Shown here: piece by piece, positions 18,494 to 28,313 of the stretch
How positions within the stretch are numbered: position 1 is the first letter of the stretch
Layout: each line of letters begins with the position of its first letter
Assembly (NCBI GenBank): GCA_963791045.1
Contig: CAWBQK010000005.1
Span: 1 to 64,000 of the forward strand
Direction: 5' to 3'
Source: Candidatus Latescibacterota bacterium
GTDB taxonomy: Bacteria; Krumholzibacteriota; Krumholzibacteriia; WVZY01
DNA length: 64,000 bases
Translations under genes and position numbers: made by a program
Notes under the pieces: generated by a model
Databases searched by the model: none
Seen by the model: only the letters and a program-made list of their open reading frames with translations
What the model was told of the DNA's origin: nothing

Positions 18494-18660
18494 CGCGAGT
18501 CCTCTTCCCGCTTTTTTGTTTTCTCATCCGGCCCGACCGGCCGGTCACATGAAGCCGTTGCTCAGGTCGGGACGCCGAGCCGCGGGAGAACCCATACAAT
18601 GAGGATCATGTATACGGCGATGCCCACGGCGGCGAAGCCAAACGTTTTTAGCGCTTCCAT
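18490..18660 (-). CDS. Small single-pass membrane protein, candidate selenoprotein (UGA at 18562-18564); not in the ORF track
   Basis: MEALKTFGFAAVGIAVYMILIVWVLPRLGVPT-UGA-ATASCDRPVGPDEKTKKREEDSR*. The read-through stop overlaps the ArsR start (ATGA). Confidence 0.7.
18523..18561 (-). promoter_or_regulatory. Candidate bacterial SECIS
   Basis: UGA-GCAACGGCU-UCAU-GUGA-CCGGCC-GGUCG-GGCCGG-AUGA: 6-bp GC stem, GGUC-type loop 23 nt after the UGA, lower UCAU/AUGA stem. Confidence 0.65.
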
Positions 18661-18712
18661 CTCGTCAACCACATCCCTAACTTGTTAAAAATCAAACATA
18701 ATTACTTTATCG

Positions 18713-18748
18713 TTGTATTATGATAATACAAACCAGCGAATCTGTCAA
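18713..18748 (-). promoter_or_regulatory. Sigma70 promoter overlapped by a palindromic operator (likely ArsR site)
   Basis: TTGACA (18748-18743)-17bp-TATCAT (18725-18720). Perfect 8-3-8 inverted repeat TTGTATTA-TGA-TAATACAA at 18713-18731. Confidence 0.75.
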
Positions 18749-18789
18749 GGGGAGGCTCACATATTTTTGAAAGAGTTGAACGGGGGGGG

Positions 18790-20031
18790 CTATTCTTCCT
18801 CGGCGCCGAAAAACACACGCTCGAGGAACTGCACCGAATAGGGCTGTTTCTCCAGCTCATTGTAGGAGAATAGCGAGTAACCTATTACATTTTCGTGCCT
18901 TAGGAGTGACACCGAATATCCGAGATATCGATCGCGGCCGTCGTATACGGGGAGCCCCAGGATATACCGTGCGGGGCTGATCATTCGGCTAATCCGGGTC
19001 GTGAGCGCCACCAATTCGCCGGGTTCGTAGGTATAGGCCATCGGAACGACAAAATCGACCAGGTCGTCCTGGATCCATTTGACCCAGTTCTGCCCCTTCT
19101 CTACCCGGGCGCGTTCCGCCTCGGGCACAACGGCGGCCGAAAGCGCAACATCCCCGATCGCAGCCCGTATCGAGCGGATGAGGGAATCGACCTGCGCGGA
19201 CCGCCACTCGACGAACACACTGTCGAGAAACGCCGCCGTCCCAGGCTTCTCGAGCCACGCGCCCGCCGGATCGCCGGCAACAGCGGGGGTGGACGGCAAG
19301 AACTCGAACGGGTCGACGCCGTAACGCAGGGCAAAGGCCGTCCTCTGGTCCTCGCTGTAGTCGAAGCGGTTGTTGGGGTAACGGACGTAGTCGAGATGGA
19401 TTCCATCGACGGGGTAGCGTTCGACGATCTCGGCGATGACGGCGGTCGTATGAGCGCGGACCCCTGCGAAGCCCGGCGACACAAAGTAGCCCGCCATGTT
19501 CTCACCGAGCCACGCGCTGAGCGGCTTCTCATCCATGCGAACACCATCGCGGTCCGCCATGAGCCACTCGGGATGCTCGCTGACAATGTGATTCGGCGGC
19601 GGAGACGCTTTGGGATCCGACCACACGTAGTACGTGTTGATCCACGCGTGGACGGCAATCCCCGCCTGGTGGCATCGCCGGAGCATATAATCAAACGGAT
19701 CGAAATCATCGATCGGCCGTCCGAGCTTCTGCCCTTCCGGCTCGAGCGACGACCGGTAGTACGCATCACCTCGCCCCCGCACCTGGACGAACAGGAGATG
19801 AAACCGCGCCCGCGTCGCATAGTCGACGGCAAGGTCTACATCTTCCTTTGAACTAAGCGAGTATCGAACAACCCACGCGGCTCGTATCTCGTCCTTCGGC
19901 ACGACGGGCGAGTTAAGGAGGAATGTCTCCAGATACGCCCCCCGCCCCTGTGCTTTCGACAAGCAAGGGAGCGTCAATAGGACCAATGTTACGATGATGC
20001 AGGTTCTCGACAACATATGATTAGTATGCAT
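18790..20031 (-). CDS. Glycoside hydrolase-like family 10 (GHL10/YddW-type) protein
   Basis: EIRAAWV, LFVQVRGRGDAYYRS, FDPF, VHAWIN, VDGIHLDYVRYP, QNW..W...DFVVPMAY, plus a signal peptide. Confidence 0.88.
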   Translation of the reverse strand: MHTNHMLSRTCIIVTLVLLTLPCLSKAQGRGAYLETFLLNSPVVPKDEIRAAWVVRYSLSSKEDVDLAVDYATRARFHLLFVQVRGRGDAYYRSSLEPEGQKLGRPIDDFDPFDYMLRRCHQAGIAVHAWINTYYVWSDPKASPPPNHIVSEHPEWLMADRDGVRMDEKPLSAWLGENMAGYFVSPGFAGVRAHTTAVIAEIVERYPVDGIHLDYVRYPNNRFDYSEDQRTAFALRYGVDPFEFLPSTPAVAGDPAGAWLEKPGTAAFLDSVFVEWRSAQVDSLIRSIRAAIGDVALSAAVVPEAERARVEKGQNWVKWIQDDLVDFVVPMAYTYEPGELVALTTRISRMISPARYILGLPVYDGRDRYLGYSVSLLRHENVIGYSLFSYNELEKQPYSVQFLERVFFGAEEE

Positions 20032-20035
20032 AGAA

Positions 20036-20117
20036 AACGGGCCCGTTACAATCTCTGATGCGATTCCCGCGGCGCGCGGCCTGCGGCATAAACATAGAAG
20101 ATTGTAACGGGCCCGTT
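20036..20117 (-). terminator. 19-bp inverted repeat closing the alpha operon
   Basis: AACGGGCCCGTTACAATCT (20036-20054) and AGATTGTAACGGGCCCGTT (20099-20117), directly after the rplQ stop. Confidence 0.6.
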
Positions 20118-20130
20118 ATTTGACGACTAA

Positions 20131-20751
20131 CTACTTGCTTTTATCAGAAGCTTTCCTCGGTTTCGCCGTCTTGGGGGCTTTCTGAGGCTTCGCTTCCTTC
20201 TTAGCGACCTTTTCCTTGGCCGTTTTCTTGGCTTTGTCTTTTGCCTTCTTTTCAGTCTTCTCCGCGTCCGCGGCAAGTTCGGCCGCCTGGCGTTTCTTCA
20301 TCATCGGCTTCATGGTCTTTTCTGTCTCGACGAGTTCGAGCATGACGGTCTGAGCGTTGTCACCCAGACGAACACCGAGCCTGAGGATCCGTGTATAGCC
20401 ACCCTCGCGCTCCATGTAGTGCGGTGCGATCTCGTCAAACAGCTTCTTGAGCACTGATTTCTTCTGAACGACGCGCGCGGCCTGGCGCCAGTGCGCCAGC
20501 GCGTTGGCCTGCATCTGCTTGGCCTCGACGGCGTTGCCCGCGTCTCTCAGTGACTCGTATTCCTTGTAAGCCGTGTAGCCTTTTTTCGCCCGCGTAATCA
20601 AACGCTCCGCGGCGCGGCGTGCTTCTTTTGCCTTTGCGTCAGTCGTCTGGATACGTTCTTTGTCGAACAACGACGTGACCATGTTGGCGAGCATCGCCTT
20701 GCGATGGGCCCGCGTGCGTCCTAGTTTTCTGTGATCAACTCGGTGTCTCAT
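20131..20751 (-). CDS. rplQ: 50S ribosomal protein L17
   Basis: MRHRVDHRKLGR, TTDAKAKE, GGYTRI, R.GDNA. Has an internal insertion and a Lys/Ala tail. Confidence 0.97.
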   Translation of the reverse strand: MRHRVDHRKLGRTRAHRKAMLANMVTSLFDKERIQTTDAKAKEARRAAERLITRAKKGYTAYKEYESLRDAGNAVEAKQMQANALAHWRQAARVVQKKSVLKKLFDEIAPHYMEREGGYTRILRLGVRLGDNAQTVMLELVETEKTMKPMMKKRQAAELAADAEKTEKKAKDKAKKTAKEKVAKKEAKPQKAPKTAKPRKASDKSK

Positions 20752-20766
20752 CTCGATTCCTTACAA

Positions 20767-21840
20767 TTAGACGGCTTCGGCCGGTTTTTCCGCCTCGTCC
20801 GTATTTTCCGGAGTGTCTATTACTTCCGTTGTCTCTGTTTTTGGCTCCTCAGGCTTATCCTTCCCGGCGCCGCCGAGAATTCCTTCCACATCCATGCCAA
20901 GATGCAGACCCATGCCGTTGAGGATCTCACCGATTTCTTTCAAACTCTGCTTGCCAAAATTCCTGTACTTGAGCATGTCCTGCTCACTGCGGCGAACGAG
21001 TTCACCGAGAAACTTAATGTTGGCGCGACGCAGACAGTTGCTGGAACGAACCGAAAGTTCGAGTTCTTCGACACTGCGGCTGAGAAGCTCTTTGAGTTTT
21101 TCGAGTTCTTCATCAACTACTTCGTCGACTTCTTCCATCGGCTCTTCATCAAAGTGGATAAAGAGAATCATGTGGTCCTTGACAATTTTTGCCGCGAACC
21201 CAAGAGCGTCTTCCGGTGTTACGCTTCCGTCGGTCCCGATATCGAGAACGAGCTTGTCGTAGTCGGTACGCTGACCGACACGTGTGTTCTCGACTCTGTA
21301 CGACACCTTGCGGATCGGCGAGAAGTTCGAGTCCACAGGGATGAGACCTATGTCGAAATCATCCAGATTGTGGGCTTCGGCCGGCACATACCCGCGGCCA
21401 TGACCGATCAGGATCTGCATTTCGACCTTCGTTTTTTCCGTGGCCGTGCAAATCACAAGATCCTTGTTCTTGATTTCGATATCGCTGATCTCTTCGATAT
21501 CAGCCGCCGTGATCTCGCCTTCCTTCTCTACGTTGAGAGTAAGGAACATCGGCTCATCGGTGTGCATGACGACAACGAGCTGCTTGAGATTGAGGATAAT
21601 GTCGGTAACATCCTCGAAAACTCCCGGGATGTTGCTGAGCTCGTGAAGCACACCTGTCATGCGGACGGCCGTTACCCCGGCGCCCTGGATCGACGACAAT
21701 AACGTCCGGCGCAGAGCGTTTCCGATCGTTTGCCCGAAGCCTCTTTCGAGAGGTTCAATGACAAAGCTACCGCCAGAGACGGTAGCCGCCTGTGCGTCCT
21801 TGGTTATTTCCTTTGGCATCAATAAATTACGCCACTTCAT
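20767..21840 (-). CDS. rpoA: RNA polymerase alpha subunit
   Basis: EPLERGFGQTIGNALRR, RVGQRTDYDKL, LELSVRSSNCL, NFGKQSL. Confidence 0.98.
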   Translation of the reverse strand: MKWRNLLMPKEITKDAQAATVSGGSFVIEPLERGFGQTIGNALRRTLLSSIQGAGVTAVRMTGVLHELSNIPGVFEDVTDIILNLKQLVVVMHTDEPMFLTLNVEKEGEITAADIEEISDIEIKNKDLVICTATEKTKVEMQILIGHGRGYVPAEAHNLDDFDIGLIPVDSNFSPIRKVSYRVENTRVGQRTDYDKLVLDIGTDGSVTPEDALGFAAKIVKDHMILFIHFDEEPMEEVDEVVDEELEKLKELLSRSVEELELSVRSSNCLRRANIKFLGELVRRSEQDMLKYRNFGKQSLKEIGEILNGMGLHLGMDVEGILGGAGKDKPEEPKTETTEVIDTPENTDEAEKPAEAV

Positions 21841-21874
21841 CTTATACGCGCCTCCTCATGGAGCTACTTTGCGA

Positions 21875-22504
21875 CTATTTCGAGTAAAGCTCGACGACCA
21901 TCTGTTCGTCCATCGGGACGGGTATCGCTTCTCTGGATGGAATCTCGAGTAATTCGCCTACCATCTTATTCGCGTCGATATCCAGGTAAGGAACCACCGA
22001 CCGGCTGTCGAGATTCTTCATGCTTTCCTGAATCATAAAGAGCTGCTTGCTCTTGTCGCGCGGACCGATTCGGTCGCCAGGCGAAACCAGGAAACTCGGG
22101 ATGTTTACCTTGGTTCCGTTGACCTGGAAATGACTGTGGCGAATGAGCTGGCGTGCCATGGCACGCGATGCACAGAAACCCATCCGATAAACGATGTTGT
22201 CAAGCCTGCGCTCGAGCAGCTGAAGCAAGTTGGTACCAGTGATACCTTTCTGCTGGGCCGCTTTCACGAAATAGTTGTGGAACTGTGCTTCCAGAAGTCC
22301 GTACATCCGCCGGATCTTCTGCTTTTCCCGCAACTGGATGTTGTATTTTGACGGTTTACCTCTACGCCGGCGGCCGTGCTGTCCGGGAGGATAATCGCGT
22401 TTTTCGATGGCACATTTGTTCGAAAAACAGCGGTCTCCCTTGAGAAAGAGCTTGGTGCCTTCGCGCCGGCAAAGCTTACATTTTGCGTCTCTATATCTCG
22501 CCAT
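21875..22504 (-). CDS. rpsD: 30S ribosomal protein S4
   Basis: MARY..CKLCRRE, PPGQHG, LERRLDN, VELYSK. Confidence 0.98.
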   Translation of the reverse strand: MARYRDAKCKLCRREGTKLFLKGDRCFSNKCAIEKRDYPPGQHGRRRRGKPSKYNIQLREKQKIRRMYGLLEAQFHNYFVKAAQQKGITGTNLLQLLERRLDNIVYRMGFCASRAMARQLIRHSHFQVNGTKVNIPSFLVSPGDRIGPRDKSKQLFMIQESMKNLDSRSVVPYLDIDANKMVGELLEIPSREAIPVPMDEQMVVELYSK

Positions 22505-22536
22505 TCGTTTCTCCCAATCCCAAGAAGGGGTCTGGA

Positions 22537-22929
22537 TTATACTCTACGCCTTTTCTTCTGACGGACGCCGTTGTGAGGGACAGGGGTGACGTCCTTGACA
22601 CCCGTCACTTCGAGACCCGCCGACTTGAGCGAGCGGATCGCGGCCTCACGACCGGCACCGGGGCCTTTTATCCAGGCTTCGACTTTTCTCATGCCCATAT
22701 CCATAACTTCGCGGGCACAACGGTCGGCGGCCTGCTGCGCGGCAAACGGGGTGCTCTTCCGCGAGCCCTTGAAACCCATGGTTCCCGGACTGGCCCAAGA
22801 AACGACGTTGCCGTTCAAATCCGTGATCGTAATGATCGTGTTATTAAACGTCGACTTGATGTGGGCTACGCCCGCGACGTCTACCTTTCTTGCTTTCTTC
22901 TTCTTTGGTGTTCTTTTGGGTTTAGCCAA
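22537..22929 (-). CDS. rpsK: 30S ribosomal protein S11
   Basis: [28 protein letters not shown]. Probable TTG start. Confidence 0.97.
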   Translation of the reverse strand: MAKPKRTPKKKKARKVDVAGVAHIKSTFNNTIITITDLNGNVVSWASPGTMGFKGSRKSTPFAAQQAADRCAREVMDMGMRKVEAWIKGPGAGREAAIRSLKSAGLEVTGVKDVTPVPHNGVRQKKRRRV

Positions 22930-22989
22930 AATACCCTCCTGATTCACTCCATGCGACTAGCGCACGTTGTGTACGTCAACAGCCCGTCA

Positions 22990-23364
22990 CTATTTCTTCT
23001 TCTTACCCGCGCCCGGACGTGCCTTCGGACCTTTACGCGTACGCGCATTGGTGCTCGTCCTCTGCCCCCTGCACGGGAGACCTCTTTTGTGACGCTGTCC
23101 CCTGTAGCAATTGATCTCCATCAAACGTTTGATGTTATCCCGCACCTCACCACGCAGCGACCCTTCAACCTTATAATCATTCTCGAGAATGTTACGAATC
23201 TTGATCGTATCTTCCTCGGTGAGATCTTTCACCCGCCGAGTCGGATCGAGACCCGTCTTCTCGCAGATATTCCGGGCGGACGTACGCCCGACCCCGAAGA
23301 TATACGTGAGGCTGATCTCAAGACACTTGTCGTTTGGAATATCAACACCTGCGATACGTGCCAC
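22990..23364 (-). CDS. rpsM: 30S ribosomal protein S13
   Basis: [24 protein letters not shown]. Confidence 0.98.
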   Translation of the reverse strand: MARIAGVDIPNDKCLEISLTYIFGVGRTSARNICEKTGLDPTRRVKDLTEEDTIKIRNILENDYKVEGSLRGEVRDNIKRLMEINCYRGQRHKRGLPCRGQRTSTNARTRKGPKARPGAGKKKK

Positions 23365-23395
23365 CGATCATTCTCCTTTCAAAACCGTCCGGCTC

Positions 23396-23509
23396 TTAAC
23401 CCTGACGTTGTTTGTGCCGTTTGTTCTTACAAATTACGCGTACGACACCCTTGCGCCGGACTATCTTGCAATGTGAACACATTTTTTTGACTGAGCTTCT
23501 TACTTTCAT
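23396..23509 (-). CDS. rpmJ: 50S ribosomal protein L36 (not in the ORF track)
   Basis: Manual translation: [37 protein letters not shown]. Confidence 0.96.
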   Translation of the reverse strand: MKVRSSVKKMCSHCKIVRRKGVVRVICKNKRHKQRQG

Positions 23510-23533
23510 AGGAATCTTCCTTTAACGGATTCT

Positions 23534-23752
23534 CTACTTGTACCTGTAAACGATCCGTCCCTTTGTCAAATCATATGGGGACAGTTCAATGGTCACGCGA
23601 TCACCGGGGAGAATCTTGATAAAATGCATTCTCATCTTTCCCGAAACGTGAGCCAGCACGACATGCTTGTTTTCCAGTTCAACACGAAACATCGTGTTGG
23701 GTAGTGCTTCGAGGACCGTGCCTTCGACTGATATCCCTTGTTCCTTGGCCAC
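23534..23752 (-). CDS. infA: Translation initiation factor IF-1
   Basis: [37 protein letters not shown]. Confidence 0.97.
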   Translation of the reverse strand: MAKEQGISVEGTVLEALPNTMFRVELENKHVVLAHVSGKMRMHFIKILPGDRVTIELSPYDLTKGRIVYRYK

Positions 23753-23785
23753 CAGGTTGCGCCAATCCTTTCTCTTGATACTCAC

Positions 23786-24529
23786 TCAGCGAGTGAGGAT
23801 CTCGGGTCCGTCTTTTGTGATCGCTATCGTATCCTCGAAATGAGCCGAATATTCTTTGTCCGCCGTCACAACCGTCCACCCATCCGAGAGCGTAAAGACA
23901 TCGCTCCGTCCAACATTGACCATCGGCTCGATCGCTATAACAAGTCCTTCTCTAAGCTCCGGGCCTTGCGCCGGAGGACCGAAATTCGGCACCTGCGGCT
24001 CCTCGTGCATCCTCTGCCCAATCCCATGCCCGACAAGCGATTTCACTACCGAGAATCCGTGATCGAGAACAAAACTCTCGACGGCGTGTGAAATGTCACT
24101 CAGCCGGTTTCCCACCCGGGCCTTATCTATCGCTTTTTCCAGCGACGAACGGGTGACATCGAGAAGGGTTTCGGTCCCTTCAGTGATCTTTCCGACGGGA
24201 TACGTTCGCGCCGCATCGGCGTAATAAGAGTTCTTGAAAACCCCTATGTCGATCCCGCAGATATCTCCGTCTTCCAGAACACGCTCATTCGGTATCCCGT
24301 GGACGACTTCTTCGTTAACCGAGATACATGTCGCGGCCGGATACCCGTGAAATCCTTTAAAAGCCGCTTTTGCTCCGGCCTTCTCAATGATTTTCTCTAC
24401 CGCGGCGTCGATGTCTTTCTTTATTACTCCGGGCTTCACGAACTCGGAGAGCATTTCAAAACAGTTTTTGAGAATCGCCCCGTTTCGCTTCATGATCGCA
24501 ATTTCGGAGGGCGATTTCAGATAAATCAT
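23786..24529 (-). CDS. map: Methionine aminopeptidase type I
   Basis: CISVNEEVVHGIP, GHGIG..MHEEP, AIEPM, SAHFEDT. Confidence 0.97.
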   Translation of the reverse strand: MIYLKSPSEIAIMKRNGAILKNCFEMLSEFVKPGVIKKDIDAAVEKIIEKAGAKAAFKGFHGYPAATCISVNEEVVHGIPNERVLEDGDICGIDIGVFKNSYYADAARTYPVGKITEGTETLLDVTRSSLEKAIDKARVGNRLSDISHAVESFVLDHGFSVVKSLVGHGIGQRMHEEPQVPNFGPPAQGPELREGLVIAIEPMVNVGRSDVFTLSDGWTVVTADKEYSAHFEDTIAITKDGPEILTR

Positions 24530-25179
24530 AAGTCGATCAATCCCGATAAAGCGGCGGTCACATCGTCGATCGGCTTTGAACCATCCACACGATGGACGCT
24601 GTACCTGCCGTCATAGAGCCCCAAAATCGGCAGCGTTTCGCTGTCGTAAACATCGAGTCGTTTTTTTATCGTCTCCGGCTTGTCGTCATCACGAAGAATC
24701 AACTCGCCGCCACAGGCGTCACATTTACCTTCCGTTGCCGGCGGCTTGCTCACCAGGTGATAAACCGCTTTGCAAGACAAGCACGTACGACGGTTCGACA
24801 AACGTTTGACGATTGCCTCGGGGTCGATCTCGATATAAATAACCGCGTCTATCTTTTCGCCGGCCTCCGAAAGCACCTCTTCGAGCGCCTCGGCCTGGGC
24901 GAGGTTCCGCGGGTACCCATCGAGTATCCAACCGTTGTACTGGGACCGCTTGTCGGTGTCGGTGAGCGTCTCTTTCAACAGAGCGAGAACGATTTCATCC
25001 GACACAAGCTGGCCCGACGCCATAATGCTTTCAACCTGCTCGCCGATCGGTGACTTGCTCGCAACGGCGTCACGAAGCAGATCGCCGGTTGAAACGTGCT
25101 GAACATTGGACTTCTCGGCGATTAAAGACGCCTGTGTTCCCTTGCCCGAGCCGGGAGCACCAAGAATCACAAAGTTCAT
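24526..25179 (-). CDS. adk: Adenylate kinase
   Basis: GAPGSGKGTQA, STGDLLR, LDGYPR, zinc lid CxxC...CxxC. Confidence 0.97.
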   Translation of the reverse strand: MNFVILGAPGSGKGTQASLIAEKSNVQHVSTGDLLRDAVASKSPIGEQVESIMASGQLVSDEIVLALLKETLTDTDKRSQYNGWILDGYPRNLAQAEALEEVLSEAGEKIDAVIYIEIDPEAIVKRLSNRRTCLSCKAVYHLVSKPPATEGKCDACGGELILRDDDKPETIKKRLDVYDSETLPILGLYDGRYSVHRVDGSKPIDDVTAALSGLIDL

Positions 25180-26490
25180 CTAACGTCGCCCCCGCAGCTT
25201 GCCGTGTTTCGTAAAGCCATCGTAGTGCCGCATTAACAAGTGCGACTCGAGCTGGCGAAGCGTATCGAGAACAACACCGACAACGATCAGGAGACCCGTT
25301 CCACCAAAATAGAACGGTGCGTTTGCTTTCGAAATCAGAACGTCGGGCAGAACCGCGATAAACGCGAGGAAGCAAGCTCCCGGAAACGTAATTCGCGTCA
25401 AAACCCGATCGATAAACTCGGCGGTTCTCTTGCCCGGTCGAATGCCGGGAATAAACCCGCCTGATTTCTTCATATTGTCGGCGACATCAACCGGGTTGAA
25501 GACGATCGCCGTATAGAAGTACGTAAAGAATATAATGATAACCGAATACAAGACCATGTGCACCACGTGCCCCGGTGTCAGAATCATCGCGATGCTCTGC
25601 ATAAACGACAGATCTTTGAAAAACGCTGCGATCGTTCCGGGGAACATGATGATCGACTGCGCGAAAATGATCGGGATAACGCCGGCGATATTGACGCCGA
25701 GAGGAATGTGGCTCGCCTGGCCACCGTAGATCTTGCGACCCACGACTCGCTTGGCATATTGGACAGGGATCCTCCGCTGCCCCTGCGTTACGAGAATAAT
25801 CCCCGCAATAACACCGACCATTATGATCATTAGAATCAAGAGCTTGAACGGGGAGAGCTGTCCGATCGACACGGCCCTGTACGTGTTGAGCGCGTCAATC
25901 GGGTAACGGGCGATAATCCCGATTGTAATAATGAGCGAGATCCCGTTACCAATTCCCCGTTCGGAAATTTGTTCGCCAAGCCACATCACAAACACGGTAC
26001 CCGCGGTAAGTGTCAGAATCGTAATGATCCGGAATCCCCACCCGGGAGCGGTGACGGCAAGATCTCCACCCGGACCGCGAAGGCTCTCGAGGAAGATCGC
26101 GATACCCGTCGCCTGGACACCGGCGAGAACCACCGTGCCGTAACGCGTGTACTGGGTGATCTTCTTCCGGCCTTCTTCGCCTTCCTTCGCGAGCTTCTCG
26201 AAATAAGGCATAACAGCCTGGAAGAGCTGAAGGATAATCGATGCACTAATGTACGGCATGATACCGAGCGCAAAGATCGTCGCCTTCTCGAGGTTACCGC
26301 CCGCAAAAAGGTCGTAAAGACCGAGGATCGTACCCTGTTTTCCCTGGAAGAACGCCGTCAACACCGACGGATCCACGCCAGGAGTTGTGATATGCCCACC
26401 GACTCGGTAGACCACAAGAAGCGCCAGCGTGAAAAGAACCCGCCGCTTCAGTTCGGGAATACTAAAAATTTCCTGAATTTTTGAAATCAT
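25180..26490 (-). CDS. secY: Preprotein translocase subunit SecY
   Basis: FALGIMPYISASII, GIGNGISL, AGVIPIIFA, GIRPG, GGTGLLIVVGV. Confidence 0.98.
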   Translation of the reverse strand: MISKIQEIFSIPELKRRVLFTLALLVVYRVGGHITTPGVDPSVLTAFFQGKQGTILGLYDLFAGGNLEKATIFALGIMPYISASIILQLFQAVMPYFEKLAKEGEEGRKKITQYTRYGTVVLAGVQATGIAIFLESLRGPGGDLAVTAPGWGFRIITILTLTAGTVFVMWLGEQISERGIGNGISLIITIGIIARYPIDALNTYRAVSIGQLSPFKLLILMIIMVGVIAGIILVTQGQRRIPVQYAKRVVGRKIYGGQASHIPLGVNIAGVIPIIFAQSIIMFPGTIAAFFKDLSFMQSIAMILTPGHVVHMVLYSVIIIFFTYFYTAIVFNPVDVADNMKKSGGFIPGIRPGKRTAEFIDRVLTRITFPGACFLAFIAVLPDVLISKANAPFYFGGTGLLIVVGVVLDTLRQLESHLLMRHYDGFTKHGKLRGRR

Positions 26491-26505
26491 TTGTCAAAGA
26501 ACGAA

Positions 26506-26954
26506 TCACGATCCAATGATTCGGATCTCGCCTCCTGCCTTTTCCACGAGTTCCCTTGCCTTCTTCGTGCACGCGTGAACTTCGATCTTGAGCGGCTCGA
26601 TTGATCTCGCCCGATCCAAGAAGTTTCACCGGCATCCCTTTTTTGTTGATCAGACCCGCCTCACGAAGACCGTCCACACCCACACCCGCGTCGGCAGGGA
26701 AACGCTCAAGGTCCTTCACATTCACAATCTGGTACTCAACCCGGAAAATATTGTGAAATCCACGCTTGGGAACACGCCTCTGGAGCGGCATCTGTCCGCC
26801 TTCGAACCACGGACGCCTGGTGCTGCCCGAGCGGCATCGCTGTCCCTTGTGGCCTTTACAAGCGGTTTTACCGTGTCCGGAGCCGGCGCCGCAGCCAATC
26901 CGTTTTCTTTTTTTCTTCGCCCCTGTTGCCGGGCTTCAGGTCGCCGAGTTTCAT
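26506..26954 (-). CDS. rplO: 50S ribosomal protein L15 (apparent frameshifts)
   Basis: MKLGDLKP...; FEGGQMPLQRRVPKRGF; VKLLGSG. Lies between rpmD and secY. Confidence 0.9.
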
Positions 26955-27149
26955 TCGTCGGCCGCCTTTGCTTCCTCCACCTTCACGAGATGATGTACCT
27001 GCGTGAAGCATCCCACGAAGTTGCGGTGTGTCCTCTTTAATCAACGATTGTTGGTTGCGCTGAAATCCGATCGCCTTCATCGTCCGCTTATGCTTCGGAA
27101 GACTGCCGATCAGACTCCTCACTTGCGTTACTTTGAGCTTCTTTGCCAT
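26951..27149 (-). CDS. rpmD: 50S ribosomal protein L30 (apparent frameshift)
   Basis: [15 protein letters not shown]...DTPQLRGML. Confidence 0.9.
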
Positions 27150-27700
27150 GGTCCTTATCCTCGATACTGAACAGTTTGTTTACTGAAATTCCTCTTCTTT
27201 TGGCGACATCCTTCGCGCTCTCGAGCTGTCTCAAGCCCTCCATCGTCGCCTTCACCACGTTGTGCGGGTTGTTAGACCCGAGCGACTTGGCGAGGATGTC
27301 ACGTATGCCCGCCGATTCCATAATCGCGCGGACCGGGCCACCGGCAATAACTCCAGTACCCGGCGAGGCGGGCTTGAGAATCACGTGACCCGCGCCGTAC
27401 TTGCCTCTGACCGTAAAGGGGATGGTGCCCCCGAGTAAGGGGAAGCTTGACCATCGAACGTCTTGCGGTTTCCGTCGCCTTACGGATGGCATCGATGATT
27501 TCGTTGGCTTTACCCAGACCGACACCAACACGGCCCTTTCCATCACCGGCTGCAACGATTGCGTTGAAGCTGAACCGCCGTCCACCCTTGACAACCTTCG
27601 CAACGCGGTTGATGTGAATGGTCTGTTCGATAAATTCCGGTTCGTTCGATTTGCCGTCGAACCTTCGGTCCTGCCGTCTCCCTTGCGAACTGTGAGCCAT
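27088..27700 (-). CDS. rpsE: 30S ribosomal protein S5 (apparent frameshift near 27440)
   Basis: [38 protein letters not shown]. Confidence 0.93.
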
Positions 27701-27789
27701 GGGTTACTAACCTCTCTCTTTCGGAACACCGATCGAACTCGTCGCCGTCGATCAAAGTCCCGAGTTCTGACGATATCGTTTAATGCTAC

Positions 27790-28263
27790 TTAGAACTCCA
27801 GACCGTTTTTACGCGCCTCTTCGGCCAGGACAGCCACACGGCCGTGGTACTGATAGCCACCACGGTCGAATGCAACCTTGCTAACGCCCTTCTGCTTCGC
27901 AGCTTCGGCGATCAGGCGACCGACCTCACGCGCTCCGGCTGTTTTTTTACCGCCGGTCCAGGTCTTCTTTTTCTTCTTATCTTTCTTCTGCGACTTGCCC
28001 TTCTCCTTCGCTTCGGGAGCTTCGGCGGCTTCCGCCGGCTTCTCCGAGACGGGAGCGAGTTTGAGCGTCGAGACTGCCGCGATAGTCTTGCTGCACTTCT
28101 CGCCCTTCTCGTTGATGAACGTGTCATCGACGATCTGAGCATAGATGTGGTTCAAGCTCTTGAAGACACAAAGCCGCGGCCGCTCGCTGGTTCCAACGAC
28201 GCGGTTCCGTACACGACGGTGGCGTCTGATTCTTTTGTAAACTTTTTTATTTGCGATCTTCAT
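27790..28263 (-). CDS. rplR: 50S ribosomal protein L18
   Basis: [29 protein letters not shown]. Has an internal charged insertion. Confidence 0.96.
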   Translation of the reverse strand: MKIANKKVYKRIRRHRRVRNRVVGTSERPRLCVFKSLNHIYAQIVDDTFINEKGEKCSKTIAAVSTLKLAPVSEKPAEAAEAPEAKEKGKSQKKDKKKKKTWTGGKKTAGAREVGRLIAEAAKQKGVSKVAFDRGGYQYHGRVAVLAEEARKNGLEF

Positions 28264-28313
28264 TCTAGTTTCCTCTGATACCGGTTGAAAGCCTCATGCG
28301 CTCGCGACGAGCG

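Noticed and set aside
17895-18660. Genome-wide UGA reassignment (genetic code 4 or 25) as the reason for the in-frame UGAs
   Set aside because: UGA ends several conserved genes at their expected ends (for example map, adk, ispF), and Trp is encoded by TGG.
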